NCBI GenBank assembly: GCA_021498095.1
Contig: JAIZWK010000001.1
Location: 2,370,001-2,402,000 of the forward strand
Reading direction: 5' to 3'
From: Candidatus Harpocratesius repetitus
GTDB taxonomy: Archaea; Asgardarchaeota; Lokiarchaeia; Sigyniarchaeales; Promethearchaeaceae
DNA: 32,000 nucleotides
Shown here piece after piece: positions 8,523 to 19,030 of this stretch. A program made the position numbers and the translations under genes. The stretch's first letter is position 1; the number at the start of each line of letters is the position of its first letter. Below the pieces are notes generated by a model, which searched no databases, had not been told where the DNA came from, and worked only from the letters and a program-made list of their open reading frames with translations.

Positions 8523-9935
8523 ATGAATAACAGTTCATATAATTTTCAGGATTTAGATAAATATATAAGAAAATACATGCGATCGGGGAAAATACCTGGT
8601 CTTGCAATTTCGATAATTAATAATGGACAAATCATTTATTCAAAAGGTTTTGGTGCCCGGGATTTGGAGAAAGGTCTTCCAATGACACCTCAAACATTGA
8701 TAGGGATTGGCAGTGTGACTAAATCGTTTACAGCAATGGCAATAATGAAATTAGTTGAATCTGGAATGCTTTCGTTGGATGATTCTGTTAGTAAATATCT
8801 ACCTTATCCACCATTTTCTAATCATCAAAATGTTAAAATACGACATTTATTATCACATAGTTCTGGAATTCCTGCTTGTGATGCTAGTCTTTTTGAAATG
8901 TTTTATCTTTTTGGTGATTTTTCTAGAATTTGTCCTGTACAAACACGTGATGAATTTTTAGCTCATATCTCAGATGCTGAAGAATATTTCTACTTTTCTC
9001 CAGGAGAACATTTCTTCTATAATAACGATATGTATGTTTGTCTTGGATTTATTATTGAAAATTTGACTGGGCGCTCATATGCTGAATTTGTTAAATCAGA
9101 AATATTAGACCCATTACAAATGACCAATGTTGCGTTTACACCTGATCAGTTTAATAATCATTCAGAAAATAACCGCATGACAGGGTATCTTCCTAAATTA
9201 AAAGATAAAAAAACGGTTCCGATTAAAGCTCCCGTCCCAATTTTTAATGATTTACAAGCTCCAGGAGGTCTTTATGTATCGATGGAGGATATGATGCATT
9301 ATACTGAATGCCTTCTGAATAAAGGGCGCTATAATAATATTCAATTAATTCAACCAAAATCAGTTGAAGAATTATGGACTCCCGTTATTAATACTCCTTA
9401 TGGATATGGACCTCAACCAAAATACTGTTTAGGATGGGTAATTGATAAAGGAATAAATGGAATTCCCTATACAATAATACACCATGGAGGTGGTTTAGGA
9501 ACTAGTTGTTCATTTCTTGCTTTAATTCCAGAATTAAAGATAGGTATCTCTATTGCTCAAAATACTTGTATCGATTCTGTTGAAAAAGTAGGACGAGCTG
9601 CTATCGCATATTTATTAGGACAAAAACCTGAAATAATTTTCGAAGATTTTCGCCGAATTATTTTATTAAAAGAAATATGCGGTGAATATATTGCTCCGTA
9701 TGGAATGTACAGTATGAAAATTTCTGAGAAAAAAGGAATTATTAATGCACAATTGGAAATTGATGATGGTGCTTTAGAATTTCCATTATTCTTAGAAAAT
9801 TTTGATAAATTACAATTCGTAGTGTCTCAATCAATCTCTCCTAAGCCTATTTATGTGCAATTTTATAGGGATTCTAAAAGTAATCTTATTAAATTTGCCA
9901 CATTTGACAGATACATATACATGAAGCAAATATAA
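8523..9935 (+). CDS. Serine hydrolase, beta-lactamase class C/AmpC-like family, with C-terminal extension
   Basis: SVTK (SxxK), YNN (YxN), HHGGG, LLSHSSG, PGEHFFY; no signal peptide. Confidence 0.9.
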   Translation: MNNSSYNFQDLDKYIRKYMRSGKIPGLAISIINNGQIIYSKGFGARDLEKGLPMTPQTLIGIGSVTKSFTAMAIMKLVESGMLSLDDSVSKYLPYPPFSNHQNVKIRHLLSHSSGIPACDASLFEMFYLFGDFSRICPVQTRDEFLAHISDAEEYFYFSPGEHFFYNNDMYVCLGFIIENLTGRSYAEFVKSEILDPLQMTNVAFTPDQFNNHSENNRMTGYLPKLKDKKTVPIKAPVPIFNDLQAPGGLYVSMEDMMHYTECLLNKGRYNNIQLIQPKSVEELWTPVINTPYGYGPQPKYCLGWVIDKGINGIPYTIIHHGGGLGTSCSFLALIPELKIGISIAQNTCIDSVEKVGRAAIAYLLGQKPEIIFEDFRRIILLKEICGEYIAPYGMYSMKISEKKGIINAQLEIDDGALEFPLFLENFDKLQFVVSQSISPKPIYVQFYRDSKSNLIKFATFDRYIYMKQI

Positions 9936-10418
9936 ATACATAAGAAGAATATATTTTATTTTTTGTTCTTAAAGCAAATATTCTTTCTTTTTTATGATTC
10001 AATTGAGGATGTTTTATCTTTTTGAATTTAAACGCTTTTTTGAATATCATTTACATATATCCGACTTAAATTTGAAATATCGCAATTCTTTTTTTGTCGA
10101 ACTCGATTTTTTCAAAGAATTTGTTAAAAATATACCATCCTGTTTATAAATTCTTCAATCTGATGTCGATTTTATTATAATTTTTGATTTGCATATCTTG
10201 AATTTAGCACCTTGGTAAAATCGACAAAAAATAAGGAAGGATATTTTAGATTTGAGTCGGGAGAATTAAGATGATGAAATGAGAAACTTCGAATCTTTGA
10301 AATTTAAAATACCCTCAATTTTCTTTTTGTGTTCTTTTTTTAGATATTTATTGAAAGTGCCATTTAATTTTTATTAGATGATTCGTTATTTCAACTCAAA
10401 TATTCTAATGTTAAATAA

Positions 10419-10490
10419 GCGTCATTTGTATAGCGGTTAGTATGCTGGCTTCCCAAGCCAGCGACCCGGGTTCAATTCCCGGATGACGCT
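10419..10490 (+). tRNA. tRNA-Gly (anticodon CCC), intronless, CCA not encoded
   Basis: Acceptor stem GCGTCAT/ATGACGC; D-arm GTAT-AGCGGTTA-GTAT; anticodon arm CTGGC-TTCCCAA-GCCAG; T-arm CCGGG-TTCAATT-CCCGG. Confidence 0.97.
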
Positions 10491-11226
10491 TTATAAACTC
10501 CAAATCTATCCCAATTTTAAATTTGTCGAAACATCGTTTATGAAAAATACATATAAATAAGTCAATAATTCAAAGAAAAATGATGGAAACGTGAAATTCT
10601 TGACCGCATTTAATGTTTTAAAGATACCGATTCAAATAGTAATTGGATGCGCTGGAATATTGTCGAGAATATTGGTCCAAAAGATAGAATTTGATTAAGA
10701 TAAAAAAAATTGCTAGAGCCTCTTATAATAGAATAATTAAAGAAAACATATTTTTCTATAATATTCTTTCATCTCTAATTCTATTTTTAAGAAAATATCT
10801 ATAAAATGGATAAGAATTATGAAAAGTTTTCATAATAAAAGTTTTTAAAAAAAAAGAAAGAAAAAAAGTTTTCAATTGATTCAATTTTAAGTTTTGATGG
10901 ATTAACTTCTATTATGATGTTTTTTTAAGGAAAACTCGATTGATCAGGCATTATCATTACATTCACCTCGAAGAATTAATCCTAACAATATTTTTAAATC
11001 TCTATTTTTTTTTGAATTATTAATTAAATAAGCATTTTATTCTTAATTGAATTAAATATATGCAAATTTGATGAAATTTTTAAAATCTAGTTCAGATTCA
11101 TGTATTATTTTTATAAAATATTCTAAAATTTCCTATTTTTTTGATTACTCATTCACAGTATTAATTTCTAAAATATCATGAAATTCTTTCCAAACCTTCA
11201 AATAGAAATAGGACAAAAGCTAAATT

Positions 11227-12150
11227 ATGCAAAGTAAAACTTTTACTTATACAGATTATGCTGGTATCGAAATTTTTGTATATAAATGGATTCCTGAAGA
11301 ATCAACTAAACCAAGAGCTGTTGTGCAAATTTTACATGGAATGGCTGAACATGCTGCTCGATACCAACATGTTGCTGAAGCATTGACTAAGCATGGTTTT
11401 ATAGTTTATGCAGACGATCATCGTGGACATGGAAAAAGTGCATTAGGATTAGAACACGCAGGAGAATTGGGTCCTGATGGATGGAAAGGGACCTTGAAAT
11501 CAATTCGAGAATTAACAGATTATCTTAAAGCAGAATATCCCGATTTGCCTGTTTTTCTTTTAGGGCATTCATGGGGCTCATATTTAGCACAAGATTATAT
11601 CCAACAATGGGGATCTGAATTAAAGGGTGTTGTTTTAAGTGGGACCAATGGTGTCCAACCAATGCTTAATTTATTATTAATTATCGGAACAATTATTGCA
11701 AAATTCAAAGGATATAATGCCAAGGGTAAATTCATTGATAAATTAGCTATAAAACCATTGAATAAACCTTTTGAACCAGCGGATTCACAGAATGCTTGGT
11801 TAAGTAGGGATCCTGAAGTTGTAAAAAAGTATGATGAAGATCCATGGTGTGGTTTTATGGTTCCTTACAGTTATTTTATTGAATTGGCCAAAGGATTAAA
11901 AAAAATATGGAAACCGAATAATGAAGAAAAAATTCCAAAAGATCTTCCAATTTATCTATTTTCAGGGGGAGAAGATCCAACCAACATGCAAACTAGAGGA
12001 TTTAAAGCATTAGTTGATCGTTATGAAAAATTAGGAATTAGAGATCTAAGTTATAAAATATATGATGGCGCCCGGCATGAAACACTAAATGAAACAAATA
12101 AAGAAGAAGTAATACAAGATTTAATAAATTGGCTTGAGTCTAAACTATAA
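11227..12150 (+). CDS. Alpha/beta hydrolase, lysophospholipase/monoacylglycerol lipase-like
   Basis: LHGMAEH, DDHRGHG, GHSWG nucleophile elbow, GGEDP, GARHETLNE. Confidence 0.9.
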   Translation: MQSKTFTYTDYAGIEIFVYKWIPEESTKPRAVVQILHGMAEHAARYQHVAEALTKHGFIVYADDHRGHGKSALGLEHAGELGPDGWKGTLKSIRELTDYLKAEYPDLPVFLLGHSWGSYLAQDYIQQWGSELKGVVLSGTNGVQPMLNLLLIIGTIIAKFKGYNAKGKFIDKLAIKPLNKPFEPADSQNAWLSRDPEVVKKYDEDPWCGFMVPYSYFIELAKGLKKIWKPNNEEKIPKDLPIYLFSGGEDPTNMQTRGFKALVDRYEKLGIRDLSYKIYDGARHETLNETNKEEVIQDLINWLESKL

Positions 12151-12198
12151 GTAGATCTGCTTAAATTCATAAAATTGTGCTCTATTTTTTATTATTTT

Positions 12199-12636
12199 TC
12201 ATTTTTCATAGTTTTCTAGCGAGATCATGGTGTGTGAAGATTGGATACCTGGAATCTTCCTTAATTCGTCGATAATGAATTTATCTAAATCAGAAATTGA
12301 TCGGCAACGGAATTTTATCATCAAATCTTGATCCCCCGTAATTATTGCTGCTTCTTCCACTTCAGAAATATTCAACAGGTGTTTTGCAATTTTACGCTGA
12401 TTTGCTTGAAAAGTTTTTATTAAAATAAATGCAACGATATTACCATATAAGCGATCTTTATCAACAGCGATGGTATAATGATCAAGAATACGATTTTCTT
12501 TTAATTTTTTTACTCTATTGTGTATAGTTGTCGCTGGAAGCCCTGTTTTATCAGATAATTTTGCCACAGAAAGGCTGGCATCTTGTTTCAATGCATTTAA
12601 TATTTTTATATCTTTTTCATCGATTATTGATCGCAT
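12199..12636 (-). CDS. Lrp/AsnC family transcriptional regulator
   Basis: IDEKDIKILNALKQDA, HTH, ITGDQDLMIK RAM-domain motif, 145 aa. Confidence 0.92.
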   Translation of the reverse strand: MRSIIDEKDIKILNALKQDASLSVAKLSDKTGLPATTIHNRVKKLKENRILDHYTIAVDKDRLYGNIVAFILIKTFQANQRKIAKHLLNISEVEEAAIITGDQDLMIKFRCRSISDLDKFIIDELRKIPGIQSSHTMISLENYEK

Positions 12637-12770
12637 AATGAGGTAAATATACCGAAATAATTAAAACTTCTGAATATTTGCCTTAAAAAATATTGAAATT
12701 TGGAAAAAAGACATGTAATTCTAAATTTTTATTTGATTTATGAAAAATCTCAAAAATCGATAAATATTAT

Positions 12771-12786
12771 TGGAATGTTCATTCCA
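12771..12786. promoter_or_regulatory. Palindrome, candidate operator between the divergent Lrp and asparagine synthetase genes
   Basis: TGGAAT-GTTC-ATTCCA; a second inverted repeat AAAATGTG (12800-12807) / CACATTTT (12826-12833) is nearby. Confidence 0.35.
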
Positions 12787-12896
12787 TAAATTAAGGATTA
12801 AAATGTGTTTATTGATTAGTTATTCCACATTTTTGGGATGAATAATCTTAAATTTAATAATTTCTTGAAAGAACATACTATTATATTATTAGTGAG

Positions 12897-13898
12897 ATGT
12901 TTAAAATGTTAGATACAATTAAAAAAACCCTAAAATCGCAACAATCTTTATCGAATAAAAAGGAGAAAAAGCTATTAAAATATTTAAATTCTCAAGATAT
13001 AGACATAGAGAAAAGAACAGCCCTACTTAGAATCCAGACTGAAGTATTAAAAGCACTACATGATTCATTATATAGTCGAGGATTTATTCAACTCATGCCT
13101 GTAATTTTATCACCTATAACAGATCCACTTAATCATTCTGTATATGATGCATCAATTCACTATAGTAAGCAACAACTTCAATTAACTAAAAGTATGATTT
13201 TGCATAAACAATTAGCTTTGTCCATGAGTAGAGCTGAAGGTATATATATTGTTTCACCCAATGTTCGCTTAGAAACTGAAGAAAAAGAACAAAGTTTGCG
13301 ACATTTATTGGAATTCAGTCAAGTTGACATTGAATTACGCCATGCTTCCCAAAATGACTTTATGACATTGATGGAAAATGTTATAGTTGAGGTGCTTAAG
13401 CATGTAAAGAGTCAATGTCAAGCAGAATTGGCAGTATTTGAATCAAATTTGATTATTCCAAGCCGTCCATTCCCGCGGTATTCAAGTGAATCTGCTTTCA
13501 ATCGATATGGTAGAGATTTTGAACAAATATTATCAGATACAGAGAAATCGTTATTTTGGATTACTGATTATAAACGTGAGTTTTATGATAAAGAAGATCC
13601 TAATCGACCGGGACATTATATAAATTATGATCTTTTTTATCCGGAAGGTTTTAATGAAGCTCTTTCAGGAGGAGAACGTGAATATGAATATGAGGTTATT
13701 CTCAGAAAATTAAAGGAGCGAAATCAAGATCCTTCTGCTTTTTCATCATATTTAAAATTTGCAAAAAAAGGAAAACTCTTCCCCAGTGCAGGAGGGGGCT
13801 TAGGTGTTGAAAGATTGCTTCGATTCATCACAAAACAAGCAAATATTGCGGATGTTTGTCTTTTTCCAAAAGTTCCTGGAGAAAAAATAATATTTTAG
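12897..13898 (+). CDS. asnA: Archaeal-type asparagine synthetase A (class IIb aaRS catalytic-domain paralog without anticodon-binding domain)
   Basis: PVILSPITDPL, LTKSMILHKQ, SPNVRLE (motif 2), HLLEFSQVDIE, SAGGGLGVERL (motif 3); no N-terminal OB fold. Confidence 0.85.
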   Translation: MFKMLDTIKKTLKSQQSLSNKKEKKLLKYLNSQDIDIEKRTALLRIQTEVLKALHDSLYSRGFIQLMPVILSPITDPLNHSVYDASIHYSKQQLQLTKSMILHKQLALSMSRAEGIYIVSPNVRLETEEKEQSLRHLLEFSQVDIELRHASQNDFMTLMENVIVEVLKHVKSQCQAELAVFESNLIIPSRPFPRYSSESAFNRYGRDFEQILSDTEKSLFWITDYKREFYDKEDPNRPGHYINYDLFYPEGFNEALSGGEREYEYEVILRKLKERNQDPSAFSSYLKFAKKGKLFPSAGGGLGVERLLRFITKQANIADVCLFPKVPGEKIIF

Positions 13899-13949
13899 AA
13901 ATGCTCTTCTTTTATTTTATTTTTAAATGATGAAAAACAAAAAAACTTT

Positions 13950-15065
13950 TTATGTGTGTTCCCAAAGCCAGACTTCATCCTTAGGCAATTTTCTGGTGAA
14001 TATCTTGTTATGATTCTCCGGATACTTACTTTGGTGATACTTAAATAAGATTTCATCACCCATTTTTCCTATAATTTCAATCTTTCCAGTTGCATGAGAC
14101 ATGCAAAATTTAAAGCGTTTACTTTGACCATTTAAGTATTTCCTAGCTTCATTTATTATGTCAATTCCTTCCCATAATGGAACTTGGAATGCAGATGGTT
14201 TATAAGTGAAAGGACGGCATTGAAAGACATAATAAGGATTTACTCCGATTCCCACCAGTGAGTTCAATAATTCCGCCAATATTTTTGGATCATCATTGAC
14301 ACCTCTTAAAAGAACACTTTGATTTTGAATTAAAACATTTGCTGATATTAAGGCGTCAATTGCTGAAATTGATTCTTTCGTTATTTCTTTTGGATGGTTA
14401 AAATGAGTCTGTAAGTGAATTCTACGATTAGGTTTGCTGTAATCTTTTAAAATATCTAGCAATTCTGGATCATTTGTGATTCGACTTGGAAATGTTACAG
14501 GCACCTTACTTCCAATTCTGATGAATTTTAATTGAGGTAACTCATCTAGCAATTCTAAAATTCGTTTAATATTCTGATTTGATAGTATTAGTGGATCTCC
14601 TCCTGAAAGCAAGACATTATTAATTTCTGGATGATCCTTAATATACTCTACTGCCTTTTCAAAATTATGCATAATTTCTTTCTGATGTAATCCTACAAAT
14701 CGTTTTCTAAAACAATATCGACAATAAGATGCACATTCATTAGAAACAAGAATGAGAGCGGTCTGATCATATTTATGCTGTAATCCAAATAACTTTGTAT
14801 TATCATGTTCATGAGTAATTGTTCCAATATCTTTGTAATTCAATTCATCTTGGGAAGGTATAACCATTTTTGCAATAGGATCTGCTTCATCATCCCAATT
14901 TATTAATGAAAGGTAGTATGGGGTACTTCTCATAGGGAATTTTTTAACAACTTCAGGGTAGGTATTTTTAATCGATTCTAAAATTTCTTTTGTCTCTAAA
15001 TAGTTTTTATTGTATTGATTTTGGTCTATATTCCAATTTTCTGAATATTCATGATGGGTTTCCAT
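13950..15065 (-). CDS. KamA family radical SAM protein (lysine 2,3-aminomutase-like)
   Basis: LQHKY, CASYCRYCFRKR, VLLSGGDPL, THFNHPKEIT, NQSVLLRGVND, YYVFQC, SHATGK. Confidence 0.9.
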   Translation of the reverse strand: METHHEYSENWNIDQNQYNKNYLETKEILESIKNTYPEVVKKFPMRSTPYYLSLINWDDEADPIAKMVIPSQDELNYKDIGTITHEHDNTKLFGLQHKYDQTALILVSNECASYCRYCFRKRFVGLHQKEIMHNFEKAVEYIKDHPEINNVLLSGGDPLILSNQNIKRILELLDELPQLKFIRIGSKVPVTFPSRITNDPELLDILKDYSKPNRRIHLQTHFNHPKEITKESISAIDALISANVLIQNQSVLLRGVNDDPKILAELLNSLVGIGVNPYYVFQCRPFTYKPSAFQVPLWEGIDIINEARKYLNGQSKRFKFCMSHATGKIEIIGKMGDEILFKYHQSKYPENHNKIFTRKLPKDEVWLWEHT

Positions 15066-15604
15066 TTTTATTTATCCTCCTTTTGTATATTTCGACATAT
15101 ATATCTCCCTTTAAGATATTTTTTTTTCTTTTGAGATTTTCAAAGTAGATTAATTAGTGTTTTTATTGCTTTTTTCTTTGGATATTCTCCAGACATAGAA
15201 TGTACGTAACAATATTCGCCAGAAACATCCTATCTTGTTTTATATATTTCAACGACAGAGTTAAATGTGGGAGATGTATGTTGTCGAGGATTAAACCATT
15301 TCACGCTTTGAAATGATTGAATGTTTTTAAAACACTAATATAAATATGTTTATCTTCATATTTAACTCTTATCTCAAAAATGGGTTTATTATAAGAATTT
15401 TTTTGAATAAATAAAAATGCATTTTACTTAAAAGAAAAAATATAGAAAAATTTGTGATATTTTTAGAAATCTAAAGAAATCTAATTTGATTTGACTTTTC
15501 TAAATAAAATATGTTGCTATATCACAATGAATGAGCATTTTTTGACTAATAATCCAAATATACTTATAAAAGAACAGAGAAAAAAATAGGGTAAAAAAAT
15601 CCAC

Positions 15605-18352
15605 TTAATCAACGTGAACATCAAGTAGTTCTATAGGAACTGTAAAATCATATAATCCAATTTGAATGGTTAGATCTCCAATAATGTCCAATAAGAGATT
15701 GTTGTCTAAATTGTAATCATCATTTAATCTAACTGTGGTTTCAACATCATTGCCTGTGAATTGATAAGATTTAGTCGTAGAAGAATGTTCACTAATTTCG
15801 ATGGGTGATCCAGACCAATCTAAATTTGGATTATCTAAAATATAATTCATATATGGGCTATATGAAATAGGTGTTGAACAACCATCTATATCATCGAAAT
15901 CTATCGTTCCTACAAAATTTGTAATGTTGATTTCAAATCCCATAGGATTGGTGAAAATTAATGCTAGATTGACTGTATATGAATATGATGGATCGGGAAA
16001 TCCCGCTGTGATTGTTACACTTATAGAAGTTACTGATATGGTCAAAAGATCTTCATCAATTCCATATAAAGTGAAATTCATACTATCTGTGATTTTCAAA
16101 TTATAAACCATTATCGAAATGTTGATTTTAAATAAGCTATTATTCCCATTGATATAATTACTCATGAATTCTTCCACGTCGCTCGAATTACCAGAAATCC
16201 GGAGCACAAGATCAAGTACGTTTTCTCCTGCAGTTAGATTTGGTTGAGAAATAAAAGCAGTTCCAATAAAAGAACTGTTATAAAACACATCTGCTGAAAT
16301 ATTGTGGGGATTTACTGAAATTCCTGTAGCTAAAGTTACATTTGTCTGAACAATGAAATCAATATAGGAATTGGTCGCTTCGCTGACTGTGAAATCAATT
16401 ATACTCACTTCCATTGTACCTAATCCCGTTACGTTATATTTCCCACTAAAAGTGATATTACTATCAAATAATGAAACTGTTATGTTGTAATCAAATGGAA
16501 TTTGCTCAGTGTGCAAATAAAGATCGAGGATTTCATCAATTACGGCTGGATCATCGATAATTAACCATACAATATAAGTATTTTCAGAAGTCGTTAGATT
16601 TATTTGCAAATTTTGATTGCTAACTAAGATATTGTTATAGTAGATATCGATATATAAATTCATGTTTGAAAATTCAAATTCGGAGGGATTATTGAACGAT
16701 GTTTCGATAGTAAAATTTAGAAAATCATCTGCTGCGTCATTTACTTCCAACTTTTTAATCTCTAAGTTCAAACCACCCATACCTATAACTGTATAATTTT
16801 TATAAATTTCTTGGAGAATATTTGCCACTCCATAGCGCGCTTGTACAGTAATTTCAAAAATTAACTCGGTTTCAAAAATAAATTCATTTACTAAATTAAT
16901 TTCAGTAAGATTTAAATCAACGTTAAAAGAATACAAATTTGCTCCTTTAGTTAGTTCTACATCATGATATACTTCTGATGCAACTAAAAATCCCTTATAC
17001 TCAACATTGATACCTAATTCAGGAATAGATGCTTCCAATAACGCTTCATTATTTACTAACACATCGACTTTAACTCCCATCTCCGTCTTTGTCAGATTAA
17101 TTAAATCAAAAGCCGTAATACTTAAAGGTAACCCTTTAAATCCTTCTAATTCAAATTTTTTACTGAATAGGAATACAGATTCGTTCTCATCTTTGATAAT
17201 ATTTGCATATCCATTAAGCCAGAACGTTAATGTATCAAGATTAATATAATCATCCAATAATGTAGTGCCAGCAGGAATTAAAGTTGCATTAATACGTAAG
17301 TTATTATCACCTGGATTTAAAACTAAATTTTCAACAGAGATGTTCCCGACTATATGATCATTATAAGTAATATCTATAGTTAATGAAGACATCTGAACTG
17401 TTACAGCAGAAGGATTCGTGTAGTTTAAATCTAATTCGATTTCGATTGCAGAATCGGTATAATTAACCAAATGCATATTATTTATTATTAAAGGTAATTG
17501 ATCTAAACCTGCCAGAGTAATTGAATCTCTGTAAATTTCGCCTAAATTCGTTTGATTTTCAATTCCTAAGTCTGGAACTAATCCATATTCAAATTCAATT
17601 GATTTTTCTTGAACAAAATCGCTCATTAAGCTGGAAGATGTGGCATCAACAGTTAAGCTAATATGTACTTCATGTATTCCAGGGGAAATTGTAATTATCC
17701 CAAAGATATAATCTCCAATCTTGGTATTTTTATAATAAATGTTAATTTGCAAGTTTTTTAGGTTAATTTCTAAATCAGTAGGATTTTTCCACGAAATGTC
17801 ACAATCAACAAATAAATCAGTTGAATTACCACCTGTAACATGCAAATTTGATAGTTCTGGTGCCAAACCATTAAAACCGGTTAGCGTTACCAATTTATCA
17901 AAAGATGCTGTTATTGTATAAACAATTGCACTGAAATCTACTGAACCTTTAAGAGAGACATCAACAGAAGAATCAGAAAGTAAATCTGAAGCAAGATCTT
18001 GATAAATACTGGGATTAGATATTGTTACTGTACCTGTAAAAGAAATTTGGCTTTGATTTGTTGAAATTATAGGATTGCTGATAGTTACTGGACCAATTTC
18101 TTTGTTGTTATATGAGATACTAATGTCTCGCAATTCCACTGATACATTTAATGGAACATCTGTGCTAAGCGATAGAATTGCATGGAAAATAAATTGGTTA
18201 TTTTGAAATTCCATGAGTTCAATCGAAGTAAGATTGATTTCGGCTTCATTAACCTTTGATGAAAAATAGATTTGACCACCGAAAAATGCTCCTAAGCCTC
18301 CACCAGCGAGTAGAAGGGTTAGAACAATGGTAATTATTGCTCCTTTTTTCAT
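15605..18352 (-). CDS. Membrane-anchored protein with about seven tandem LEA_2/WHy-like beta domains
   Basis: N-terminal TM helix; recurring ~125-aa unit with xNP-x(10-14)-I-x-Y-N-x3-(I/V)G and G-x-x-G-L-like linkers. Confidence 0.7.
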   Translation of the reverse strand: MKKGAIITIVLTLLLAGGGLGAFFGGQIYFSSKVNEAEINLTSIELMEFQNNQFIFHAILSLSTDVPLNVSVELRDISISYNNKEIGPVTISNPIISTNQSQISFTGTVTISNPSIYQDLASDLLSDSSVDVSLKGSVDFSAIVYTITASFDKLVTLTGFNGLAPELSNLHVTGGNSTDLFVDCDISWKNPTDLEINLKNLQINIYYKNTKIGDYIFGIITISPGIHEVHISLTVDATSSSLMSDFVQEKSIEFEYGLVPDLGIENQTNLGEIYRDSITLAGLDQLPLIINNMHLVNYTDSAIEIELDLNYTNPSAVTVQMSSLTIDITYNDHIVGNISVENLVLNPGDNNLRINATLIPAGTTLLDDYINLDTLTFWLNGYANIIKDENESVFLFSKKFELEGFKGLPLSITAFDLINLTKTEMGVKVDVLVNNEALLEASIPELGINVEYKGFLVASEVYHDVELTKGANLYSFNVDLNLTEINLVNEFIFETELIFEITVQARYGVANILQEIYKNYTVIGMGGLNLEIKKLEVNDAADDFLNFTIETSFNNPSEFEFSNMNLYIDIYYNNILVSNQNLQINLTTSENTYIVWLIIDDPAVIDEILDLYLHTEQIPFDYNITVSLFDSNITFSGKYNVTGLGTMEVSIIDFTVSEATNSYIDFIVQTNVTLATGISVNPHNISADVFYNSSFIGTAFISQPNLTAGENVLDLVLRISGNSSDVEEFMSNYINGNNSLFKINISIMVYNLKITDSMNFTLYGIDEDLLTISVTSISVTITAGFPDPSYSYTVNLALIFTNPMGFEINITNFVGTIDFDDIDGCSTPISYSPYMNYILDNPNLDWSGSPIEISEHSSTTKSYQFTGNDVETTVRLNDDYNLDNNLLLDIIGDLTIQIGLYDFTVPIELLDVHVD

Positions 18353-18454
18353 AGATATTCTTTATTTTTGGAACTTTAATTATTTTGTAAAGAAAATCGA
18401 CGAACTTGTAGTAAGCATACACAATAGTATAAAAAAATCAATTTAATTTGAATA

Positions 18455-18982
18455 TTAACTTTCATTTCTTCGATAACATTTTAAAATTTTCCCTACATAC
18501 ATTCTATGATAATCTTCTGAAGAATAGAATTCATTCTTCACTGAATTTGGAATTTGCGTTGAATTCAAATCTTGATAGAAAATTTTCTCACAAATAAATA
18601 CTAAATCTGCTTCTTTGAAATAAATCGCTTCATCAAGAAGTTTTATTGAGACAGGACTTAATCCATCTATCTCCATTTTATTAATATTTCTTCCCGATTT
18701 AGAACCGCAAAGTTTTAAGATCTTTCTTTTCTCTTCTGGAAAAAAATTCAACGAGAATAACTCATTTTGATTTAAAAATTCATATGTATATCGACTTGGG
18801 CGAACGAAGATATACATTACTGGTTGTTCCCATAGAATTCCTGCACCACCCCATGCTGCAGTCATCATATTATATCGATTAATCGTTCCTGCAGTTATTA
18901 AAAACCACTCTTTTTGCATTCCTGTGAAGAAATTTTTTGATACTTCTTCTATGGAAATTTCATTTAAATTTAATGATACCAT
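18455..18982 (-). CDS. Flavin reductase-like FMN-binding protein
   Basis: WFLITAG, NMMTAAWG, FVRPSRYT, CGSKSGR, YHRMYVGKI. Confidence 0.9.
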   Translation of the reverse strand: MVSLNLNEISIEEVSKNFFTGMQKEWFLITAGTINRYNMMTAAWGGAGILWEQPVMYIFVRPSRYTYEFLNQNELFSLNFFPEEKRKILKLCGSKSGRNINKMEIDGLSPVSIKLLDEAIYFKEADLVFICEKIFYQDLNSTQIPNSVKNEFYSSEDYHRMYVGKILKCYRRNES

Positions 18983-19030
18983 AGTTATTCTTTCATATTT
19001 ATTTCATCTTAAAGAATTTTTCACTTTTTA

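Noticed and set aside
10491-11226. Integrated element at the tRNA-Gly 3' end
   Set aside because: No integrase and no duplicated tRNA 3' end seen in the window; only AT-rich sequence with short startless frames.
12897-13898. Asparaginyl- or aspartyl-tRNA synthetase
   Set aside because: Lacks the N-terminal OB-fold anticodon-binding domain; size and motifs fit the archaeal asparagine synthetase paralog.
15066-15604. Lysine riboswitch or structured leader upstream of the KamA gene
   Set aside because: Only a weak 9-bp imperfect stem around 15250-15290 and a 29-codon uORF; no recognisable aptamer consensus.
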